From assembly GCA_039028615.1 (NCBI GenBank), contig JBCCHT010000003.1:64001-128000 (forward strand): 64,000 nt of DNA, written 5' to 3'. The position numbers were made by a program, and so were the translations under genes. The notes under the pieces were generated by a model, which was not told the DNA's origin, did no database searches, and saw only the letters and a program-made list of their open reading frames with translations. Position 1 is the first letter of the stretch. Each line of letters begins with the position of its first letter. Below are positions 9,534 to 17,770 of this stretch, one piece after another. Origin of the DNA: Myxococcota bacterium. GTDB lineage: Bacteria > Myxococcota_A > Polyangia > Nannocystales > Nannocystaceae.

Positions 9534-10526
9534 TCAGCGCGAGCCGTAGTTGTGCGCGCTCGACTCTTCGTTGCGATCGGTCGCAGGTGGGGGCGCGGGG
9601 TTCAGCGCGGAGATGGCTTCGTACAGCTCGGAGGACAGCTCGACGTCGGCCGCCTTCAAGCACGGCTCGAGCTGCTCCAGGTTGCGTGCACCGAGTAGCG
9701 GCGCGGTGACGCCGGGATGCGCTGCGACCCAAGCAATCGCGAGTGCGGCGGGCTCGTAGCCGTGCTCTGCCGCGAGCGCGGTGAAGCGCTCGGCGACCTC
9801 GAAGTTGTGGGCGTCGCCGTAGCGCACGCCATACATCTTGTTGTCGACGATGCGGCCTTGCTCCGGTCGTCGCTCGACGCCGTACTTACCCGTGAGCAGG
9901 CCGCCTGCCAGCGGGCTGTAGGTCAGGCACCCGAGGCCTTCGGCCTCGCACATCGGCAGAATCTCCACCTCGGCCTGACGCTTGAGCAGGTTGTACATCG
10001 GCTGCACGCAGACGGTGGGGGCCCAGCCGTGGCGCTCGGCCACCCCCAGCGCGCGGGCGGTCTGCCAGGCCGAGAAATTGCTGACGGCGGGATAAAGGAC
10101 CTTGCCCGACTGCACCAAGTGCTCCACTTCGCGGAGCGTCTCGTCCATGGGCGTGCGGTCGTCCATGCGGTGCAAGAAGAAGATGTCGATGACCTCGGTG
10201 TTCAGCCGACGCAGGCTCGCCTCGACGGCGCGGCGCAGGTGGTAGCGGCTGCTGCCGCGATCGTTGGGACCCGAGCCGGTCGGGAAGTAGGCCTTGGTGG
10301 TGATCACCACCTCGTCGCGACTGCTCGCGATCAAGCGGCCGAGGACTTCTTCCGCGCGACCCTGGTGATAGACGTCGGCGCAGTCGAACAGGTTGATGCC
10401 CGCGTCGCGGCACCGGTCGAACATCGCCGACGCGGTGGCCTCGTGGTCGTCGGCGCCGAAAGACATGGTGCCGAAGGCCAGCCGGGAAACGCGAAGTCCA
10501 CTACGACCGAGGAAGACGTGCTCCAT
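9534..10526 (-). CDS. Aldo/keto reductase
   Basis: LGRSGLRVSRLAFGTM, DCADVY, SLRRL, YSPLAGGLLTGKY. Confidence 0.95.
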   Translation of the reverse strand: MEHVFLGRSGLRVSRLAFGTMSFGADDHEATASAMFDRCRDAGINLFDCADVYHQGRAEEVLGRLIASSRDEVVITTKAYFPTGSGPNDRGSSRYHLRRAVEASLRRLNTEVIDIFFLHRMDDRTPMDETLREVEHLVQSGKVLYPAVSNFSAWQTARALGVAERHGWAPTVCVQPMYNLLKRQAEVEILPMCEAEGLGCLTYSPLAGGLLTGKYGVERRPEQGRIVDNKMYGVRYGDAHNFEVAERFTALAAEHGYEPAALAIAWVAAHPGVTAPLLGARNLEQLEPCLKAADVELSSELYEAISALNPAPPPATDRNEESSAHNYGSR

Positions 10527-10632
10527 CGCCCGCAGGGTAGCGAGCGTCGGCGCACCCGGCTACGGATCCCGCACGGCGAGCCCACGATTGCGCGCGTCGC
10601 CCTGATCGGCCCGCGTGGTATCGTGGCGAGCG

Positions 10633-11388
10633 ATGGGGCGGGGGCTCTCGATCTCGGCGTTGGCCATCGCTGCGCTCGCATGCAGCCCGGATTCCTCGGC
10701 CGTGGGGGGAGCGGTGGCGGGCTCGAGCGGTTCGAGTGGCACGGGGTCGACCACCGATCCGAGCACGAGCGGGATGACGCTGGGCTCGACCGAGGACACG
10801 GCCACCACCACGAGCGGGGGGCCGGGCACCAGCGGCACCACCGTCGGAGCCGAGGGTCCCGCCAGCTCGACCGGCGACGATACGGACAGCTCGGGCGGCT
10901 CCACCAGCGACGGCACCACGGGCGACGGGCTCGGGATGATCGAGTACTGCACCATCGCCGACCTGCCGATCCCCGACAACGACGGTGGGGGCGTCAGCTC
11001 CGACATCGGCGTCGATCTGGCCGGGGGCGGCATCGTCCAGACGGTCGAGCTGGTGATCGTCGCCGCCCACTCCTACGTGGGTGATCTGCGTTTCGACCTG
11101 CGCAAGGGCGAGATGGAGATCGTGGTGATCGACCATCCGGGCGGCGGGGGCTGTGACGGCGACGACATCGACGTCCAGCTCCACGATGCGGCCAGCGACG
11201 CGGTCGGGGATGCCTGCATGCCGGCCAGCGTCCCCGCGCTCAGTGGCGAGCTGCGCCCGCAGCTGCCGTTGAACCCCGTCTTCTTCAACCAGCAGATGCT
11301 CGGCACCTGGCGTTTGCGAGCGACCGACGACGCCGGGGGCGACAGCGGGGTGCTTCAGCAGTGGTGCCTGCGGTTCACGTATCGCTGA
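10633..11388 (+). CDS. Lipoprotein with proprotein-convertase P-domain
   Basis: Lipobox ALAC, Ser/Thr/Gly linker, IPDND...HSYVGDL...GTWRLRATDDAGGDSGVLQQW. Confidence 0.85.
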   Translation: MGRGLSISALAIAALACSPDSSAVGGAVAGSSGSSGTGSTTDPSTSGMTLGSTEDTATTTSGGPGTSGTTVGAEGPASSTGDDTDSSGGSTSDGTTGDGLGMIEYCTIADLPIPDNDGGGVSSDIGVDLAGGGIVQTVELVIVAAHSYVGDLRFDLRKGEMEIVVIDHPGGGGCDGDDIDVQLHDAASDAVGDACMPASVPALSGELRPQLPLNPVFFNQQMLGTWRLRATDDAGGDSGVLQQWCLRFTYR

Positions 11389-11593
11389 AGGATTTCAGCG
11401 CGTTGCTCGAGTGCGATATTTGCGCGGTGCCGAATCGCGGGCGCGGGAGACTCCAGTCACGTGCCCACAACGCGGCGCGAAGCCGAGCCAGATCGACGCT
11501 CGTGCCTCGACGTCCTGAATTTCGCTTTGCTCCTACGCGGGTGGCCGCCACACTATGGGTCCCACGACGGGGCCCAAGGGGACTTAGCAAGCG

Positions 11594-13042
11594 GTGACAC
11601 GGCACCAGGCGATCTTCTTTCGTCGGCTGATCTTCGTCTACGACGTGGTGATCACCACCGTGGCGTTCTTCGCCGCCCTCGGTATCCGGCAGAGCCTCGC
11701 TCTGTCGCACGCGGACGGGGTCCTCCCGGAGTTCCTCGTCCCGCTGGGCGCCACGCCCATCCACATCCCCGACTACTACCCCATGCTGTGGGGTCTGTGG
11801 CCGCTGTGGATCGTCGCCCTGTACTTCGGCGACAGCTCGGACTTCCGCATGCCGTATCGCCGGGTCGCGTTCCGCTACCTCAAGGTGGTGGGGCTCGGCC
11901 TCGTGTTCTTCGTGGCCGCGATCTTCGTGTTCAAGCTCGGCTTCGTCGCCCGGACCTTCGTGGTGCTGTTCGGCGCGGTGCAGCTGTTTTCGTTGTTGCT
12001 CGGCCGCGTCCTCATCATGGAGCTGGTCTCCACCTTCCGCCGCAAGTCGGTCGATGGACACCGCGTGCTGGTGGTGGGCCGAGGCGAGCAGTCGGTGGCC
12101 TTCGCCCGCTCGCTGCGGACCGGTGCGCCGTGGAACAACAAGCTCATCGGGCACGTCGAGGTGCCCAACGATTTCTCCGTGCCCGAGGCCCTGCCGGTCG
12201 TCGGTCAGCTGCGGGAGCTCGACAAGATCCTCGATGCCCAGCCCATCGACGAGGTCGTGTTCGCGGTGCCCGACCAGCCGCCCGAGATCTTCGAAGAGGC
12301 GCTGCGGCACTGTGAAGAGCGCGGCGTCGACGTGCTGCTGACCATGCCGCCCGACGTGCCGCGAGCCGGCAAGATCGAGGTCGCCCAGGTCACCGGATAC
12401 GACCTGCCCATGATCGGCATGCGCCGCACGCCGACCAGCGAGGGCCGGCTGCTGCTCAAGCGCCTGCTCGACCTCAGCGGGGCCATCTTCGGCCTGGTCG
12501 TGCTCTCGCCCCTGCTGCTGGTCACCGCGATCATCATCAAGGTCACCGACCCGGGCCCGATCTTCTTTTCTCAGGTCCGCTCGGGCCGCAACGGCCGCAA
12601 GTTTCGGATGCACAAGTTCCGATCGATGGTCGTCAACGCCGAGAAGCTCAAGGCCGAGCTCGAGAAGCTCAACGAGATGGACGGGCCGGTCTTCAAGATC
12701 AAGCACGACCCGCGCATCACCCGGATCGGCCGCTTCATCCGCAAGACCAGCATCGACGAGCTGCCTCAGCTGTTCAACGTGCTGCTCGGCGACATGAGCC
12801 TGGTGGGCCCGCGTCCGCCCTTGCCCTCCGAGGTCGCGCAGTACAAGCCGTGGCAGCGGCGTCGACTCTCGGTCAAGCCGGGCATCACCGGCCCCTGGCA
12901 GGTCTCCGGTCGCAACAACATCGACTTCGAAGAGTGGATGCGGATGGACCTCGAGTACATTGACAACTGGTCGCTGTGGCTCGATCTGCGGATCATCTTC
13001 ATGACGATCCCCGTGGTGCTCATCCACAAGGGCGCCAGCTGA
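11594..13042 (+). CDS. Polyprenyl-phosphate sugar phosphotransferase (WcaJ/WbaP-like priming glycosyltransferase)
   Basis: N-terminal TM helices; KRLLD, KFRSM, DPRITRIGRFIRKTSIDELPQL, GDMSLVGPRP. Confidence 0.95.
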   Translation: MTRHQAIFFRRLIFVYDVVITTVAFFAALGIRQSLALSHADGVLPEFLVPLGATPIHIPDYYPMLWGLWPLWIVALYFGDSSDFRMPYRRVAFRYLKVVGLGLVFFVAAIFVFKLGFVARTFVVLFGAVQLFSLLLGRVLIMELVSTFRRKSVDGHRVLVVGRGEQSVAFARSLRTGAPWNNKLIGHVEVPNDFSVPEALPVVGQLRELDKILDAQPIDEVVFAVPDQPPEIFEEALRHCEERGVDVLLTMPPDVPRAGKIEVAQVTGYDLPMIGMRRTPTSEGRLLLKRLLDLSGAIFGLVVLSPLLLVTAIIIKVTDPGPIFFSQVRSGRNGRKFRMHKFRSMVVNAEKLKAELEKLNEMDGPVFKIKHDPRITRIGRFIRKTSIDELPQLFNVLLGDMSLVGPRPPLPSEVAQYKPWQRRRLSVKPGITGPWQVSGRNNIDFEEWMRMDLEYIDNWSLWLDLRIIFMTIPVVLIHKGAS

Positions 13043-13085
13043 AGTTCCGCCGTAGCGCGCCGCCATGCACGGCGCTGGGCCCCGA

Positions 13086-14726
13086 TCACGGAGCCGCGGT
13101 CGGCTTCGCCTCGGGCGGGGTTGGAAGCCCCTCCACCCGATACAGCACCCAGAGCCCCTCCCGGGCGACCTCGGTCGCCACGACATCCAACTTCTTCTTC
13201 ACCTTGGCCCCGGTCGACGCCCGCTTCTCGGGATCCCGCTGGCTCGACGGCGCCCGCACGATCACATAGTCCGAGTCCTGCACGTCCGCGGTTCGAAAAT
13301 TGCCGGGGCTCCAGTCCTCGGTCTGCCGCGGCCGCTGGCCCTCGGCGTAGTCGACCGGCAGGTGATGGGTGTACCGCGCCCAGAACTGGGTGCAGATCCC
13401 GTCGTACCGCACCGTGTAGTACATCGGCATGAAGTGCGGCACGCGAAACTGCTTGGCCAGGTGCGGGCTGTCGTTGTTGATGACCAGGCTCATCAACACC
13501 TTCCCCCGGTCCACCTGATCGAGCAGCCCGAACAACGACGTGGCTTCCCCGGCGGCTCGCTCGAGGCGATACGCCAGGTGCAGGAAGAACGCCACGCTGG
13601 CCACGATCAACGCCGTGCGCAGTCGCGGGGACGCGAACGCGGCCGAGGGCACGCTGCACGCGGCGAGCATCCAGCCGACCGACAGCAAGCGCAGGTCGAT
13701 GAAGGTGAGCTCGGTGGGTCGGTGCATGCCGAACGGCACCAGCCAGCCGAGCAGGACCATCAACAGCGCCACGCGGAGCAGGGCGCGGTTGGCCGGGGGC
13801 ATCACGTGCTCCTGCAGGTGCTCGCGTAGCGCCCGGCGGGTAGGGATGGCCAGCGCGAGCGCAGCAAGGCCCACCGCGACCAGCACGGGCAGCGTGAACG
13901 GCCCGAACATGGACCACAGCGAGTAGTTGATCTTGGAGGTGGTGCCCGACCACTCGAAGCCGAGCAGGATCGCGATGAACTCGACCCCGAAGCCGCGGCG
14001 CCAGGCTTCCTCGGGCTCGAGCGACGAGGCCTGGCCGAGTCCGGAGCTCCCCACCCAAAAGCCCACCCCGACGAGCACGAGGATCAGCAGCGCGGGGAGC
14101 AGTGCCCGGCGGGCCCGTGAGCGCTCGGGGTGGACGAGGGCGCACAGGACTAGGGCCGTGAACGCGGTCGCCCCGAGGAATGGATGCAACAGGGCGCAGA
14201 TCGCCGAGGCGACGACGGCTCCGATCGCCATGGGGCCGGGGCGGCGCGCGATCCAGCCGAGGGTCGACCCGATCGCGGCCAGCAGCAGCGGCAGACCCAG
14301 GTAGTAGGCCAAGAAGCCCATCACGACCGGGGGATTCCAGATGAACGGAATCACCAGCAGCGACGACCAGCGCGGGCTGTCGTTCGAGGGGCTGACCACG
14401 CGCACCACGAAGGCGAACGCGGCGAACATGCCGACCACGTACAGCGACATCAGCATGCGCATGCCCACCTCGACCGAGGCGCCGAACGACAGCCAGCGCA
14501 TCAGGTAGTAGCTGGTGAAGTAGGCCTGGAACTCGTCGATCGGGGCGTAGCGGGTCGAAAACGGCAGGCTGGGATCGCCGAAGTCGCGGAGGATCCTCGT
14601 GTAGGCCAGGTGTTGCGGCAGGTCCTGCTGCGGGAGCACGGGCAGCAGCCACACGAGCAACACGTTGGCGACGACCAGCAGCCAGAACGTCAGCTGCAAG
14701 GTGCGGGTCTGGGCATTGCGAGGCAA
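13086..14726 (-). CDS. Polytopic membrane protein, possible GT-C-type glycosyltransferase (start uncertain, TTG chosen)
   Basis: Many TM segments, LPQQDLPQH loop after TM1, soluble C-terminal domain. Confidence 0.65.
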   Translation of the reverse strand: MPRNAQTRTLQLTFWLLVVANVLLVWLLPVLPQQDLPQHLAYTRILRDFGDPSLPFSTRYAPIDEFQAYFTSYYLMRWLSFGASVEVGMRMLMSLYVVGMFAAFAFVVRVVSPSNDSPRWSSLLVIPFIWNPPVVMGFLAYYLGLPLLLAAIGSTLGWIARRPGPMAIGAVVASAICALLHPFLGATAFTALVLCALVHPERSRARRALLPALLILVLVGVGFWVGSSGLGQASSLEPEEAWRRGFGVEFIAILLGFEWSGTTSKINYSLWSMFGPFTLPVLVAVGLAALALAIPTRRALREHLQEHVMPPANRALLRVALLMVLLGWLVPFGMHRPTELTFIDLRLLSVGWMLAACSVPSAAFASPRLRTALIVASVAFFLHLAYRLERAAGEATSLFGLLDQVDRGKVLMSLVINNDSPHLAKQFRVPHFMPMYYTVRYDGICTQFWARYTHHLPVDYAEGQRPRQTEDWSPGNFRTADVQDSDYVIVRAPSSQRDPEKRASTGAKVKKKLDVVATEVAREGLWVLYRVEGLPTPPEAKPTAAP

Positions 14727-14820
14727 GCGACCATGACAGGGTCGGCCAACGCAGGGTGGGGTGCAAGACCGCTGCCCCGTTCTCGGTGCGTTCCTGGAGC
14801 CGCGGTGCGGCGCGTCGGAC

Positions 14821-15582
14821 TCAGGTCCCGGACCCAGAGCCAGATCCAGATCCAGAGCCAGATCCAGATCCAGAGCCGGACCCAGACCCGTCATCAGCGC
14901 ACGCCATCATCGGCCACGAACCGCCACCCGGCCCGTTGCCGGATCCGCTACCACTACCGCTACCGCCACTGCGGCATGGGGTGCAGCCGTAGTTCTGGTG
15001 GAAGACCCCCGTCCCCCCGACGGTCGCCGTGTATTTGCAATCGACAGCGCCGCCGGGTTCCGCGTTCCAGACGAACTTCCAGGAACAGTTCCCCTCCGGC
15101 GGCCCCCACTCCGCGGGGCAGTAGAAGTTGTGGCGATGAAAATCGCAGCCGGTCTGTCCTGCGGGGCAGCCCGGGCACTCCCAGCCCTCCGTAAAATCGT
15201 CCAACTCGTCAAAGGCCGATACGCGAGCCGCCTCGACTGCGGCCGCAACTCCACCGATCGCGAGTGCCGCGGCTGCGTCGCACGCCTCGGTGGTGACGGG
15301 CGTATCAACACCACAGGCCGCCTGGGCGGCCGCTACAGTGGCATAGGGGCCGCGGGTGACTTCGGCGGAGGCCTCGTATGGCTCATCATGCTCGATGAAG
15401 TTGTCCATCTTGCCGCAGGTGAGCTGGTCTTCGTTGGCGGCCGGGGCGGCCACCCCCGGGTCGCCGTCGCGATCGTCCCAGTCGTCCGGAACGGTGTCAT
15501 CGAGTGAACACCCCCCGAAGGCCATTGCGGTGGCGAGAACGCTGAGAGAACAGGTGAGAAAGAAACGGTTTCGTGCGTTCAT
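14821..15582 (-). CDS. Cys-rich hypothetical lipoprotein with (GS)n tail
   Basis: Signal peptide ending FGGC, multiple Cys, GSGSGS tail. Confidence 0.65.
   Translation of the reverse strand: MNARNRFFLTCSLSVLATAMAFGGCSLDDTVPDDWDDRDGDPGVAAPAANEDQLTCGKMDNFIEHDEPYEASAEVTRGPYATVAAAQAACGVDTPVTTEACDAAAALAIGGVAAAVEAARVSAFDELDDFTEGWECPGCPAGQTGCDFHRHNFYCPAEWGPPEGNCSWKFVWNAEPGGAVDCKYTATVGGTGVFHQNYGCTPCRSGGSGSGSGSGNGPGGGSWPMMACADDGSGSGSGSGSGSGSGSGSGSGT
14830..14890. repeat. 6-nt tandem repeat encoding (GS)n
   Basis: ccagat/ccagag units. Confidence 0.8.
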
Positions 15583-15785
15583 GGTGCCTATCCGGCTGGC
15601 TTTCAGCCAAGGTGAGCGTGTCAGGTTTTCTCTGTATGGAGAAGTTGTACGTTGCAGGGGCAGTCGTTCTTCAAAGTGAATTGCCAAATTGTTGAGGGTT
15701 CGATTCCGTCCATGACAGGAACGAGTCGACCGCTTCTCAGTAGCCGTGCTGCGGTCGCTCGTGTTCGAGCTTCGGATGTTCGGTT

Positions 15786-16259
15786 TTGAGCAACCGGGCC
15801 TCTCGGCGCGGGTGGCTGGGCACTTGTGGTGACCTTCAGGTCTCCTTCGCGTGGCGTGCTGTTGAACGCTGGCCGGTAGCGACAGTGGGGAGCGGTCACG
15901 CGTACCTACGTCAGAGTGACTGCCTCCGAAGCGGCGAGTGGTGGGTCAAGCACTCGTGGATCGTCGACGGCGAGGGCTACTACAACTGCGAGATGACTCC
16001 TCGAGAAAGCTACGATGACTGCTTCGTTGTCGAAGGCGTCATGCTCGAAGACGGCATCACCATGGAGATTGGTGGCACGACCGAAGAAGGCGAGTTCTTC
16101 AACCGCCGACGAGCTCTCTTTGACACCAGCCCTCCCGGATACGAACTCGTCCGATTCGAACCCGACGCCTCCGACCCGCAAGCGGAATCGCAAGAAACCT
16201 TGGTGGCCAGCGCATCGCGACCCACGTCCCAGTGCCAGCCGGAGTACGTAGTGCGATAG
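15786..16259 (+). CDS. Hypothetical protein (start uncertain, possibly degenerate)
   Basis: 3' half has protein-like acidic/aromatic composition; no motif recognised. Confidence 0.4.
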   Translation: MSNRASRRGWLGTCGDLQVSFAWRAVERWPVATVGSGHAYLRQSDCLRSGEWWVKHSWIVDGEGYYNCEMTPRESYDDCFVVEGVMLEDGITMEIGGTTEEGEFFNRRRALFDTSPPGYELVRFEPDASDPQAESQETLVASASRPTSQCQPEYVVR

Positions 16260-16435
16260 CGTCGCCGGGCTTTGGTCTGCGGGGTCAGTACTAGGCCCGA
16301 TACTGCGTCGAGTTTCGCGGCCTTGCCCTCGGAGGGCCCAACTCCGCACCTGCCGACACGCGAGGGTCTCGAAACAGCTCCTGGGCCTGCCCGCGAGCCG
16401 TTTTGTGGACAGTGGCGCCTGATATGCTCCGCGCG

Positions 16436-17767
16436 ATGGCTGCTCGCGTTTGGATCTCCACCGCCTTCGTCACCACTGCGGCTGCCCTCGCCCTCGCGAT
16501 GGGCTGCGGCTCGAGCTCGGACAAGGGCGGCGACAAAGACGAGAAGGCCGAGGGCGGTGCCAAGGGCGAAAAGGCCGGTCCGAAGACACCGGACCAGATC
16601 GCAGCCGCATACCCCGTCGGATCGACCGCAGGCTGTGACGCCAAGGCGCTCGAGGCCGCGACCGGGACGTTGAAGGACGTGCCCGCCGATGGCCTGGCCA
16701 AGGCTGCGGGGGCGGCGATCACCGCGGCCTGTGGCGAAGCGCTCAGCGACGAGCAGAAGAGGTTCCTCCGCCTCGTCGAGCAGAACCTGCGACCGTTCAC
16801 CGACGGCGTCGAGAAGGAGACGGACGCGATCGCGGCCGAGGCCTGCCCCTCGCTGGCCAAGCTTCGGGCCGACAACGCCAAGGTGGCCCCGCTGGACGCC
16901 GCGCAGGCCATCTTCGACGGCTGTGGCTTCGCCGAGTACGGGGTGCTGAGCAAAGACGACGTCACCGCGTACTACGGGGCCGACCCATGGGCGAACAGCT
17001 TCTTCCCCTGGCTCGCCGAGCGGGGCGTCGCTGGTCCGGTTGCCGCTTCCGTCGTGCGCGGGCTGCTGACCTTCCAGACCCACACGGCAGGCGCGGCGTC
17101 GATGGGCTCCGAGGGGCGACTGCCCACCGTGGCCAAGGCGGGCGCGATTCCGGTGTGCCCCATCGTTCGCGTCAGCACCCGCTCCATCGATCTGGACTGG
17201 AAGAAGCTGGTGATGATCGGGCCGGAAAAGGAGATCGATCCTTCGGCGCTGCGCGGGCACCTGGTCGGCCCGCTGTACAAAGAACTCGAACCGCTGCGCC
17301 CCGCGGACGGCGACGAGACCCCGCTGTGCATCGCGGCTGACGCGACCATGCCCTTTTCCACGGTCGTCGACCTGATGTACACGGGCGCCCGCTTGAACTT
17401 TCGGCACTTTGCCTGGGTGGTCGCGACTGAAGACAAGCCGCACGGGTTTGGGGCCGTGCCTGCCGATCCGCCGAGCTTTGCTCGTCCCGGCCAAGAGGCG
17501 CCCTTTGGTCCGGGCCTGCGCCTGAGCACCTCGGCCATCTCCATGGAGCTGGCCTCCGAGGGCTACGAGAAGAAGTACGAGGCGATCGGGACGGGCCTGG
17601 ACTACGACGCGCTGGCCAAGAAGCTCGGCCGCATGAAGCTCGAGGTTCCCGACGCCAGCATCGTCACCATCCGGGCCGACGGCGAGGTCCCGGTCTCCGT
17701 GCTCGCGAAGACCTTGGCCGTGGGGGCCGAGGCCGGCTTCCAGCCGGTCGTCGAGGCGGGACCCTAG
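16436..17767 (+). CDS. Lipoprotein with two ExbD/TolR-like C-terminal domains
   Basis: Lipobox AMGC; LCIAADATMPFSTVVDLM and VTIRADGEVPVSVLAKTL. Confidence 0.75.
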   Translation: MAARVWISTAFVTTAAALALAMGCGSSSDKGGDKDEKAEGGAKGEKAGPKTPDQIAAAYPVGSTAGCDAKALEAATGTLKDVPADGLAKAAGAAITAACGEALSDEQKRFLRLVEQNLRPFTDGVEKETDAIAAEACPSLAKLRADNAKVAPLDAAQAIFDGCGFAEYGVLSKDDVTAYYGADPWANSFFPWLAERGVAGPVAASVVRGLLTFQTHTAGAASMGSEGRLPTVAKAGAIPVCPIVRVSTRSIDLDWKKLVMIGPEKEIDPSALRGHLVGPLYKELEPLRPADGDETPLCIAADATMPFSTVVDLMYTGARLNFRHFAWVVATEDKPHGFGAVPADPPSFARPGQEAPFGPGLRLSTSAISMELASEGYEKKYEAIGTGLDYDALAKKLGRMKLEVPDASIVTIRADGEVPVSVLAKTLAVGAEAGFQPVVEAGP

Positions 17768-17770
17768 CCC

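Noticed and set aside
14727..14894. N-terminal extension (LDLDLALDLDL) of ORF 13086..14894
   Set aside because: Alternative-frame reading of the (GS)n repeat of the upstream gene
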